Positions 20,221-30,214 of a stretch of 64,000 nt of DNA are shown here, piece by piece. The notes below the pieces were generated by a model. That model ran no database searches and was not told where the DNA came from. It saw only the letters and a list, made by a program, of their open reading frames with translations. The stretch is from Candidatus Bathyarchaeia archaeon (GTDB lineage Archaea; Thermoproteota; Bathyarchaeia; TCS64): contig JBEKDF010000006.1 in assembly GCA_050014495.1 (NCBI GenBank), forward strand, positions 1 through 64,000. Reading direction: 5' to 3'. Each line of letters opens with the position of its first letter. Within the stretch, counting starts at the first letter, position 1. The position numbers were made by a program, and so were the translations under genes.

Positions 20221-23200
20221 CTAATCTCGCTTAGGGGCCGGAGGTAGCGTGATAGTGAATCTGGTCCCCACTCCATGAGCTGTCCTAAAGGTGATGTTTC
20301 CCCCGTGAGCCCCCACTACCCTCTTACAGTACACTAACCCTAGTCCAAGTCCCCTCGCCTTAGTCGTATAGAAGGACTCGAATACCCTGGGAATGGCCTC
20401 TTCCGGTATACCCATGCCCGTATCCTCAACCTCGATAACCATGGATCCCTCTACTCTCATTGCTCGAATGGTCAATGTACCGCCATCTGGCATAGCCTCG
20501 ATCGCGTTGCTCACGAGGTTGTCGAGGACCCTCCTAATCTGCCCCGCGTCTATGTTTGTCTTCTCCAATCCTTCACCGATCAATACTTCGAACTTGATCC
20601 TCTCCGGTGCTTTCGTCTCCTCCACTACACTCCTGATTAGTGACGCAACATTTGTGTCGATTCGCTGCAGATTGATCTCTCGCGTGCTCGCTCTTAATTC
20701 TTCGATCATTGACAGCGAGCGTCCTGCGCTTTCACCGATGAGCTGAAGGAACCTATCTGCCTTCTCCGGATCCTTTCTTGCCAACTCGGAGGCTTGGCTG
20801 ATGAAGTTGAGTGGATTGCGGAGGTCATGAGCCAGAATCGCGGTGAGTTTACCGATCGCCTCAGCGTTCTCGGCCTCCAGAATTATCCTATTAGTTTTCT
20901 CGATCTCCTTGGAATCCATGTCAACCTGCTTCTCAAGTTCAGCAGAGTGTTCAGTTAGAACCCTCTTCTCCTGGAGGAGCTCGTTGACGTCTATGAAGGC
21001 GATCACCGCCCCATCTATCTTGTTATCAATGGTCCTGTATGGCTCGATCCTCATCGAGTACCAGGTACCAGTGCTGCTCTTCACATCCACTTTCACGGCT
21101 CGGAGGCCATCACCGACTCACGTATGAGGTCCTCAAGGTGTGGAATATCGACACTCAGCTTCAGGTCGCTGATTGGTCTCCCCACGTCGCTGGGTAGAAT
21201 ATTCATCACCCTTTCGTTCGTCGGCGTTATACGTCGTATCTTTAGGTCATTATCCACCATAATCATGGCGATCTTTGTGCCATTCACGAAGTTGTTCAGG
21301 TCACTGTACAGTCTATTGATCTCCCTGTTCTTGTCAGCTAACTCGTCATTTACAGTCCTGAGTTCCTCATTTGAGGCCTGTATCTCCTCTCGGGAGAACT
21401 GAAGCTCCTCGTTGATGCTCTGCAGCTCCTCGTAGCTGGCTCTGAGTTCCTCGTTCGTCGATCGGAGCCTCTCTCTCGTTGTCTCCTGCTCCTCCATGTA
21501 GCTCCGCATGTGATTCTTTGTATCTTCCAGCTCTTTTTGGACCAGCTCGAGGTTTTGTTTACCAATATCAGAGGTGGGTCCTCTATGCTGATCATTGACT
21601 TTTCCGCTGACATGTGTTTCAAAGAGTATCAGGAAGAAACGGCCACTTTGTTCTGGAACTGTGAAGGGAACAACCTCGAGGTCGACCCTATGAACACCTT
21701 CATCGTTTTTAATGGGAACATCCTCGACTTGAACACTCCGATTAATCTGCTTCGCCTTCACTATCGCCATTCTCAACTCGGAAGCTAAGCTGCCTTTCAC
21801 CATATTGGCAAGGTTGAGACTCGCAAAACCTGAAACATGTTCAAGTAAGGCGCCCGTGTTCCCCCGGAACTCTAAAACCTCCAGTTCATCGCTCACGACG
21901 ACGCCTGCAGGAGTGTATCTCGACTCGATTATCCGGTCCACCTCCCTGTGCAAAGAGCTGCGGAGCTCCTCGAATTCGCTTCGACTCGACTTCAACTTTA
22001 TACCTAATTCCTTTAGTTCGGTTGGTTGGAAAACGAATGAGGAATAGATCCCGGCAGCGTTGACGGACCGTTTAGAAAAGATTCTGTTATTCTTATCGAT
22101 GTCGTCGAATAATTCGCCGTATTTGCCAAGTGTCTCGGACTTCCCGAGAATCAGGAAGCCATCCTTATTCAGTGCGTAGTGGAAGATCGGTATGATCTTG
22201 TCCTGAAGATGGTTGTCGAGGTAAATAATGAGGTTCTTGCAGCTAACAAGGTCAATATTTATAAATGGGGGATCGACCAGGACGTTGTGCCTCGCAAAGA
22301 TGCATTGGTTGCGAATATCCTTTATAACCTGGTACCCTTTGTCAGAGGTCTGTACGAAGAAGCGACTCAAACGTTCCAATGACAACTGCTCCCGTATGTC
22401 ATTGGAGTAGTAAGCTAATCGCGCCTTTTTTATCGCCTGCTCATCAATATCAGTGCCGAAGAGCTGTAAATCGCAGGTTTTGTCGCCTAGATACTCTAAG
22501 AAACTTATAGCTATCGAGTAAACTTCCTCGCCGCTGGAGCATGCCGGTACCCAGATTCTAACCGTTTTATCAGGGGGTCTCCCCTTCATTATCCTGGGCC
22601 AGACATCCCTACTGAGTGCCTCGTATGCTTCTGGGTCCCGGAAGAAGCTTGTGACGTTGATGAGTATATCGTTATATAATTTATCTGTTTCAATTTGGTC
22701 CTTCTCCACAAGCCTCGCATAGTCATCGATATTAGTTGTGTTTCTTAGGATCATACGTCGGTTGATGCGTCGACTGATTGTCGTCTTTTTGTAGTGGGAG
22801 AAATCTACCCCTGTCCTAGACTTGTTGTGCTGACATGATCTTGGATAATGAATCATCATCGAATGCCTCAAGTTGGTCAAGTGTCTGCAACTTTAGAGAG
22901 CCGAGCTTCTTACTTATCTTTACCAACTTAGCAGCCATTTCATCAATAGTCAGAACGTAGTCAACCGCCCCTTGCGCAATGGCGCTCCTGGACATCTCAG
23001 AGAATTTGGCCGTCTCAGGCTTCTGCGCAAATGTGTACCCGCCTTGCACTTTAATCTCTTGAAGGCCTTTTGTTCCATCTGAGCCGGCTCCGGATAATAC
23101 GACCCCTATTGCAGCATCTTTTCTATGCTCAGCGAGTGAAATGAGGAACTTGTCAATTGGGAGGGGTGGTCCGTCAACTCTCTTTATGGGTTCAAGTGTG

Positions 23201-23544
23201 AGGGATCCGTCTGTGATGAATATACCCGCGTTGGGTGGGATGACATAGACATGATCTGGTTCCAGATGGAGGTTATTCGTTGCTTCGATAACCGGCATGG
23301 CTGTGTTCTTGGTTAGTATCTCAGCGAGCTGGCTCTTGTGTTCCGGGGAGAGATGTAGTATGAGGACATAGGCCATACCCGCGTCTGATGGAAGTGCGTC
23401 GAATAGCTCTCTAAGTGCCTCCAATCCACCCGCAGATGCACCTATCCCAACAACCGGGAATGGTTCCACTTTAAGTGCCTTGTCTACGTTCTTTTTCAGA
23501 TTCGACTTTTCACCTATTGTGAATCCACTCCTCGGAAAACACAC
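20221..23544 (-). pseudogene. CheB-CheR-PAS-histidine kinase fusion split by two frameshifts
   Basis: CheB (GASAGG, LSGAGSDG) 22816-23544; CheR (TGVDFSHYK, VTSFFRD, CSSGEEVYS) plus coiled coil 21093-22830; PAS tail and HisKA/HATPase (AHDLRNPL, GLGLGL) 20221-21096; breaks fall in the CheB-CheR junction and inside the PAS domain. Confidence 0.85.
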
Positions 23545-23808
23545 ATAATTGTATGACTTAATTCTGAAAAACTTATCTGTAATGTAATTGGTTGTGTCTC
23601 AACTCTTCGCTTGGACCCGATTAGATAAAAATATGCAAATTTCATCATCGATGAAGCATGTGATAATAGGACGACTCTCCTCGAGCTTGCGGGCGCGATG
23701 AAGTTGTACAGAAAATTATAAAATATGGAATTAGACCCTACAGACCTATGCCTAATTTCTCCTTCAGGTTCAAACTAAGTTACATGAAGCGCCGAGTCTG
23801 CAGCGCAG

Positions 23809-25275
23809 GTGAGGTGCGACTCCGTGGAGTATAAGTGGACAGTACTCACGGTTACCACCGTCGGCGTCCTCATGTCTGGTCTAGACACGAGGATAGTCAT
23901 CATCGGGCTCCCGCAGGTGGCTGCGGCACTTGGCGCGGACGCTGAGCAGGCCATCTGGTTCACACAGGCATATGTCCTATTTAGCTGCATAAGCCTCCTA
24001 CTCATCGGCAGAGCCACGGACATCATCGGGAGGGTCAAGATATACACTGCAGGGTTCGCCGTCTTCACGCTAGGCTCTCTCCTCGTCAGCCTTTCCCAGA
24101 ACCCAACTCAAGTCATTTTATTCAGGGGCATCCAGGGCATTGGCGGTGCGATGCTGATGACCAACAGCGCAGCCCTGATAGTCGACGCAACTCCCAAAAA
24201 GAGTCTCGGTCTAGCCCTTGGGATAAACCAAATCGCCCTACGCTTCGGAATGATGGGTGGCCTCACCCTCAGCGGCCTCATACTCGCATTCCTAGACTGG
24301 AGATACCTCTTCTACGTTAACATCCCAATCGGCATCTTCGGAACCTTCTGGGCACAGAGGAGACTGAAGGAGATCGCACAAATTGACAAGGGTGCACCCA
24401 TGGATTGGATTGGCTTTGGCTGCTTCACGACCGCCATTGTCAGCCTGCTCCTCGCCTTAACCTTCGACGCTTACGGCATGGCCGACAGGAGCCTAGTTTA
24501 TGCTCTCAGCATCATAACTGCCATTGGGTTAGTCGCCTTCGTATGGCAGGAGCGGAGGCAAGCTCACCCCCTCCTCGACCTTAGTATACTAGCTAATAGG
24601 GAGTTTACCGGCGGAGTGGTGGCACAGTTCTTCAACTCCATCGCCTGGGGCGCGGTCGCCCTCCTGCTAAGCCTCTACTTTCAGCTCGTACTAGGTTTGT
24701 CAGCTTTCGACGCAGGTGTACGCATACTTCCCATTGACATAGCATTCCTGCTCGTAGGCCCTCTTAGCGGGAAATACTCAGATAAGTATGGCCACATGCC
24801 GTTCACTACTACTGGCCTTGCACTAAGCAGCTTGTCCCTCTACCTGTTCTCAACCACCACGGCGACGACCCCTTACTCTCTAATGGTTATCTACCTCGCA
24901 ATATTCGGAGCGGGTGTAGGGCTCTTCAGCTCACCGAACATGAGTTCAATCATGGGAGCTGTCCCATCGGAGAGGAGGGGAATAGCCTCAGCCGTCAGGG
25001 CGGTCTTCTTCCAGACCGGCTCCGTGATCAGCATCAACCTCGCCATCGTCGTAATGACCCTCACCGTTCCATACTATATAGTCAGCGGGGTCATAGCCTC
25101 CAATATTGTGATAACCCCCGCCGAGATCACCCTCTTCGCCGGTGGGTTAAACAGCGCATACCTCTGGATGGCCATAATAAACGCAGTAGCAATAATCCCA
25201 TCACTCCTAAGGGGTAAGCGAACCGAGGAGACCGAGACCCTAACGAAGGAAGAACTCGGTGACGACGTGATCTAA
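23809..25275 (+). CDS. MFS transporter, DHA2 (EmrB/QacA) family
   Basis: 14-TM pattern, GRATDIIGRVK, WRYLFYVNIPIG. Confidence 0.92.
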   Translation: MRCDSVEYKWTVLTVTTVGVLMSGLDTRIVIIGLPQVAAALGADAEQAIWFTQAYVLFSCISLLLIGRATDIIGRVKIYTAGFAVFTLGSLLVSLSQNPTQVILFRGIQGIGGAMLMTNSAALIVDATPKKSLGLALGINQIALRFGMMGGLTLSGLILAFLDWRYLFYVNIPIGIFGTFWAQRRLKEIAQIDKGAPMDWIGFGCFTTAIVSLLLALTFDAYGMADRSLVYALSIITAIGLVAFVWQERRQAHPLLDLSILANREFTGGVVAQFFNSIAWGAVALLLSLYFQLVLGLSAFDAGVRILPIDIAFLLVGPLSGKYSDKYGHMPFTTTGLALSSLSLYLFSTTTATTPYSLMVIYLAIFGAGVGLFSSPNMSSIMGAVPSERRGIASAVRAVFFQTGSVISINLAIVVMTLTVPYYIVSGVIASNIVITPAEITLFAGGLNSAYLWMAIINAVAIIPSLLRGKRTEETETLTKEELGDDVI

Positions 25276-25371
25276 ACCTCACTCATTTTAGGTAACACTC
25301 TTTCCCAATTTACTGGACTCCAGACACATAAAAAACTTAAACAGGGCCATCAATATGATGTGTGACCCCCA

Positions 25372-25572
25372 ATGCCATCGAAGCTCGACAAAGGAAAGAA
25401 GATCGTCATAAGCCTTGACGAGGACATCGTGAGGAGCGAAGGCTCGAAGATAAAGATGCGCGAGTTCGTCAAGGAGATGCTCGCATACAACCCCGAGTTC
25501 GTGATCGAGACAAGCCCCAAGGGCGAGATCTGGTACCTCCGCAAGAAGACTGAGAAGACGAAAAAGAAGTAG
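25372..25572 (+). CDS. Small hypothetical protein
   Basis: 66 aa with host-like codon usage and an upstream TATA-like element. Confidence 0.5.
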   Translation: MPSKLDKGKKIVISLDEDIVRSEGSKIKMREFVKEMLAYNPEFVIETSPKGEIWYLRKKTEKTKKK

Positions 25573-25862
25573 ACAGGACTCAACCGTTAAAGCGGCCTCT
25601 CCTTCATTCTTACTAGATCCAGTTGGCGATCCTAGCCCTCTAGCCAACGCGTGCTGTACGAATAGTTATCATGATCAATCAGAGGCATCCACTACAAACG
25701 TAATGAACTGTGATCGAATAAGTATCGTTAAACAGCTTTCAACTAGCTCCAGCTTCGCATACGGGACTTGTTACCAGAGGAAATAGGCGCACTTTTTCTC
25801 CTATGCCCTTCTCAAAAGATTCATACATCCCTCGCCCAGTATCCGTAGGCAGTGACCATAGG

Positions 25863-26675
25863 ATGTCCAAGAAGCAAAGGGAAATAGCCGAGGCGATCTG
25901 CGAATCCGGGGAAGCGAAAACGGAGCTCCCTCTCGACAAGATGTTCGTCCTCGCCGTCCTAGCTGGAGTCTACATCGCCTTTGGCAGCCATCTCGCCACA
26001 GTCGTCTCTCAAGATTCTCAGCCAATCCTAGGCACTGGCCTCACGAGCCTCCTTATGGGTACTGTCTTCCCTGTGGGGTTGATACTGGTCGTCTTAGGCG
26101 GAGCCGAACTATTCACGGGCAACAGCCTGATGGTCCTCTCCTGCCTTACAGGAAAGGCGAAACTCACGGGGCTACTACGTAACTGGGTCGTCGTCTACAT
26201 CGGCAATTTAATAGGCGCCATCACCTTAGCGGGACTTATTTTCGGCGGAGGATTGTATGGGATAAACGGCGGCTCCCTCGGCCTCAGGGAGGTCGCCATA
26301 GCCAACGCAAAGGTGAACATCCCATTCGTCGAAGCTTTCTTCAGGGGTATCCTCTGCAACTGGCTCGTCTGCCTCGCGATCTGGATCGCCACATCATCCA
26401 CTGACACAATTGGCAAGATATTCGCCTGCTTCTTCCCCATCATGGCGTTCGTCACCTCCAGCTTCGAGCACAGCGTCGCCAACATGTTCTTCATCCCAAT
26501 CGGTATCATGGTGAAAGGAGTCCCCGCGATAGCCTCCAACACCACCCTGGATCTGGCGAACCTGACCTGGGAAGGCTTCGTCTTGAGGAACCTCGTGCCC
26601 GTCACTCTAGGGAACATCGTCGGCGGCGCCTTCTTCGTCGCAACCCTATATTGGTATACCTATCTCAGGAAATAA
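25863..26675 (+). CDS. fdhC: Formate/nitrite transporter (FdhC/FocA family)
   Basis: GAELFTGN, GILCNWLVCLA, FEHSVANM and VTLGNIVGG motifs. Confidence 0.93.
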   Translation: MSKKQREIAEAICESGEAKTELPLDKMFVLAVLAGVYIAFGSHLATVVSQDSQPILGTGLTSLLMGTVFPVGLILVVLGGAELFTGNSLMVLSCLTGKAKLTGLLRNWVVVYIGNLIGAITLAGLIFGGGLYGINGGSLGLREVAIANAKVNIPFVEAFFRGILCNWLVCLAIWIATSSTDTIGKIFACFFPIMAFVTSSFEHSVANMFFIPIGIMVKGVPAIASNTTLDLANLTWEGFVLRNLVPVTLGNIVGGAFFVATLYWYTYLRK

Positions 26676-26769
26676 CAAACGCGCATAACTGCATTGTTTG
26701 GGCTTGTCTTTCTGTTTGTCTGAGAAGAGTTCTCTCGCACGCCTCGCGCGCATCTCTACACTAAAATGT

Positions 26770-26880
26770 TCAGCCGAGACTAAGCAGTCCAAAGACAACA
26801 TCCTCACAAATAATGCAGTCGATACCGAGTCGAAGATACCTGAATACAAAGCATGCGCCGTCGGGTTAATGCCAACATAG
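26770..26880 (+). pseudogene. C-terminal remnant of a molybdopterin formate dehydrogenase alpha subunit
   Basis: NILTNNAVDTESKIPEYKACAV* matches the FdhA/FdhF C-terminal NxLTNxAxDPxxKIPEYKxCAV motif; directly downstream of fdhC. Confidence 0.8.
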
Positions 26881-26925
26881 TCCCTCTATATCAAACATTA
26901 AATTCACCTGCAGGCAGGGTAGCTC

Positions 26926-27429
26926 ATGGTCAAGACATACCATATGCGCCGTGGTGACAATGAGATAAAGGACAGAAAGAAGCTAGCGAGGATATTGAAT
27001 GAGACGAACTTCGTCACCCTCGCCCTCGCGAACGAGAACGAGCCATACGTTGTGAGTCTGAGCCACAGCTATGACGAGGAGGCCGGGTGCCTCTACTTCC
27101 ACTGCGCCAATGAGGGAAAAAAGCTAGAGTACATGCGGGGAAACCCGGTCGTCTCGGGGCAGGCTCTCATCGACCACGGTTACCACGCCGGACAGTGCAG
27201 CCACCTCTATGTATCCGCAGTCTTCAAGGGTAAGATTGAATTCATCGAGGACATCGACAGGAAGAAGAGGGCCCTCGAGCACATGATACTCCATCAGGAG
27301 AAGAACCCCGACGCCCTCCTCACCAAGCTCAAGGCCTACGAAACCGGTAGTCCACTCGACAAGACGATCGTCGGCAGGATAGTCATCGATGAACTTACGG
27401 GGAAGAAGTCCGCAGAAGTAGCGTTTTGA
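26926..27429 (+). CDS. Pyridoxamine 5'-phosphate oxidase-like (NimA-type) flavin-binding protein
   Basis: MRRGDNEI, PYVVSL and LYFHCANEGKK motifs. Confidence 0.88.
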   Translation: MVKTYHMRRGDNEIKDRKKLARILNETNFVTLALANENEPYVVSLSHSYDEEAGCLYFHCANEGKKLEYMRGNPVVSGQALIDHGYHAGQCSHLYVSAVFKGKIEFIEDIDRKKRALEHMILHQEKNPDALLTKLKAYETGSPLDKTIVGRIVIDELTGKKSAEVAF

Positions 27430-27480
27430 CTAGTTTAGGTAACGTTATTAATTCCCCTACTTTTCACTGAGTCAAGGAGA

Positions 27481-28056
27481 TTGAAGGATTTGGTTAACTG
27501 TGAAAAGTGTGGGACCGAGCTCAAGGAAGGCGCCGCCTTCTGCCAGCAGTGCGGGGCACCTGTCCCACCCCCTCAACCTGTGACAACTACGCCTACTCCG
27601 GCACCAGAAGCAGTGAGGGTGATAGACCTCGCCGGTTGGGGGGAACGGATAATAGCGTACATCATCGACGCAATCATCTTCAGTGTAATCTTCGGAATAC
27701 TGGAGTTAATTATCGCACTGCCAACGATAAGCTTCGTCGGAGGCATGCCATACTTTAGGTACACGCCATTCACCAGCTCTGGCCTCAGAGATGTCGCCTT
27801 CTTCATCTACTTCCTCTGGATGGATTACAGCTATGGGGATAGCATCGGGAAGAGGATAATGAAGATCAAGGTCACGAACCTCAACGAAGGCCACATCACC
27901 CTCGGGCAGGCTGCCATCGAGTCCTTCGGGAAGGCATTCGGCCCACTAATCATCCTGGATGTAATCATCGGCTGGATATTCATGACGCAGAAGAGCCAGA
28001 GGTTATTCACGTATCTCGCACAAACAATCGTAGTGAAGGGCAAGACCCCACAGTAA
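27481..28056 (+). CDS. Zinc-ribbon plus RDD family membrane protein
   Basis: CEKCG..FCQQCG; WGERIIAYIIDA; SIGKRIMKIKV; QRLF..LAQTIVV. Confidence 0.88.
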   Translation: MKDLVNCEKCGTELKEGAAFCQQCGAPVPPPQPVTTTPTPAPEAVRVIDLAGWGERIIAYIIDAIIFSVIFGILELIIALPTISFVGGMPYFRYTPFTSSGLRDVAFFIYFLWMDYSYGDSIGKRIMKIKVTNLNEGHITLGQAAIESFGKAFGPLIILDVIIGWIFMTQKSQRLFTYLAQTIVVKGKTPQ

Positions 28057-28130
28057 TCACACTGGCGTCGCCTTTCCACTGATATTCTCAACTAGAATTA
28101 ACCTAAGCCACATAGGAAGTGTCACCTAGC

Positions 28131-29327
28131 TTACTCGTACCTCAGTGCCTCCACGGGGTTCATCCTAGACGCCCGCCAAGCCGGGTATAGACCCGAGAGG
28201 ACGCATGTTACAATCGCGAATCCTACGACCATTAGGCCAAGGTAGATGTTAATCGCGGGGGAGAGGCCTATGATGTTGCCAGCTACTATACTGACTACGA
28301 ATCCGAGTCCAGCGCCCACGATTCCTCCGACTATGCCTGTGAGGACAGCCTCGCTCAGAAATAGAACGAGGACATCTCGTCCCTTCGCCCCCAAAGCCTT
28401 GAGGATTCCAATCTCCCTAGTTCTTTCCATCACGCTGATTGTCATCGTGTTTATGATTCCGACACCCGCGACCACGAGAGAGATCGCCGCTATGCCACCG
28501 AGGACCTCCTGGATCACCCCCGTGATACTCGAGACGACCGACTGAGCTGCCGCAGCAGTAATTACTCGGATTTCACTCAAGTTGTTCTTGATCTCTGTTG
28601 AGACAGTGTCTACGAGATCGGGTGACGTGGCGAGGACCTGAATCGCGCTGTACTTCCCTGCCCTCTCGTAGAACTGATCAAATGTCGTGATTGGGATAAG
28701 TATCACACTGTCACTAGAGCCAAAGCTACCACCCGTCTTCTTTAGAATCCCGACAACCCTCACGGTCAACTCCTTACTAACCCCGTTTACTGTAGAGGTA
28801 ATCTTGATCCTGTCCCCGACAGCTATGACGGGCTGGGTAGCATCCGTTGGCAGAGCCACACTGGCACCTATGACAGCACTGGCGGAGTCAGTTCTTATCA
28901 GGGCTCTCCCCGATTCGACCACTACGGCTTGGTTGATGTCGAAGTAGAGGTCTGTTACACCGGTGACAGCTTGGTTGTAAGTTTTCCCCGCAACTTCGTA
29001 TGTTGCTAAACCACCCGAATCCGTCGGGGAGACTAAGGATACATCTGAAAGTCTAGCGATCTGGTTAACGTCCTTATAGTTGAGAGTACGTGAGCTCGTG
29101 CCACCTCCGAAAGGGCTTGTGCCGGCGCCACCTGGTGAGACTGTGATTGTAGATGCCCCTAGGGTGCCAAGCTGCATACTGATGTTGTTGCTGAGGCCCT
29201 GCGTTAGAGAGACTAGGCCGGTAACAGCAGCGCATCCGATGAGAATACCAATTAGGTTTAGGACGAATCGGAACTTACGTGACTTGACTCCGGTCCAAGC
29301 CGATTCGAGGATGTCCCCAATCCTCAT
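28131..29327 (-). CDS. MacB/FtsX-type ABC transporter permease (no intact ATPase adjacent)
   Basis: GIINTMTISVMERTREIGILKALGA; YPAWRASRMNPVEALRYE. Confidence 0.93.
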   Translation of the reverse strand: MRIGDILESAWTGVKSRKFRFVLNLIGILIGCAAVTGLVSLTQGLSNNISMQLGTLGASTITVSPGGAGTSPFGGGTSSRTLNYKDVNQIARLSDVSLVSPTDSGGLATYEVAGKTYNQAVTGVTDLYFDINQAVVVESGRALIRTDSASAVIGASVALPTDATQPVIAVGDRIKITSTVNGVSKELTVRVVGILKKTGGSFGSSDSVILIPITTFDQFYERAGKYSAIQVLATSPDLVDTVSTEIKNNLSEIRVITAAAAQSVVSSITGVIQEVLGGIAAISLVVAGVGIINTMTISVMERTREIGILKALGAKGRDVLVLFLSEAVLTGIVGGIVGAGLGFVVSIVAGNIIGLSPAINIYLGLMVVGFAIVTCVLSGLYPAWRASRMNPVEALRYE

Positions 29328-29581
29328 AGCGATTCGCCTTGGCTGATTTTAGCAGTTACATTTGTCTGTAGGACGTAGATGAGTTCTTGCAAGACTCTAC
29401 ACTCCCCAACAGGTGTAATCCCTCCTAAAAGAGGTTTCAATTCCAACGTTTCTTCTCATTGTGGAGAGCCGAGGTACAGCCTAGTTAGTACCTCAGTCAC
29501 CAACACCATCTAAGATGAATTTTTTTGGTCGTTGCTATTCAAGGGCAGGGATAATGAAGCCAGAAAACTAGTACCCTTACT

Positions 29582-30151
29582 TCATGGTTTCTGCTTATTC
29601 AGCCACTCCAACTCGATCTCAATCTCCATCCCATCGCCCTCCGGAGCGTAAAGGAATTTGAACATAACCTGCTTAGGTAAATCAATTTCCATCGACCCCA
29701 AAGCCGGCACCACATCTGAGACATCGAAGGAGCCCTCCCTCATCGATTCCCCCAATCTAACAAATACATCAGCTAGCTCCGCCCGGGTCATCTCCTCCTT
29801 TAGCCTCCTCAGAGCTCGGTGCCTCTCACCGTAGAGCTCGACATGCTCCATAACTTGGCTCCAACGATCCATCCCCGTTCTTAGGGCTTCCCCTCCCAGT
29901 GGCGTGATAGTATAGTTTTGCCTATCCAAGCCCTCCTCCCTATGCTCATGGCTTCTCGATATCAACCCCTCATTTGTGAGCTTATCCAGGGCAGGGTATA
30001 TCGTTCCGGCTTTAGGCTTCCAGTAACCCGAGAACATACGATCCAGACGCTGAATTAGATTATAGCCATAGTCGGGTCCATCGGATAAAACGAATAAGAG
30101 CCACATCTGAACCGGACTGATCCTTGATTCCCTGGGCAGGATAGTGGTCAA
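29582..30151 (-). CDS. PadR family transcriptional regulator
   Basis: YGYNLIQ..WKPKAGTIYPAL..YTITPLG. Confidence 0.9.
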   Translation of the reverse strand: MTTILPRESRISPVQMWLLFVLSDGPDYGYNLIQRLDRMFSGYWKPKAGTIYPALDKLTNEGLISRSHEHREEGLDRQNYTITPLGGEALRTGMDRWSQVMEHVELYGERHRALRRLKEEMTRAELADVFVRLGESMREGSFDVSDVVPALGSMEIDLPKQVMFKFLYAPEGDGMEIEIELEWLNKQKP

Positions 30152-30214
30152 ACCATCTCACGCACTAGTATGAAAATCTACATATATTACTAATATATCT
30201 ATCTAGAGTCAGGT

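Noticed and set aside
22816..22818. TAG after cheB as pyrrolysine readthrough
   Set aside because: The CheR part continues in a different frame, so this is a frameshift rather than readthrough
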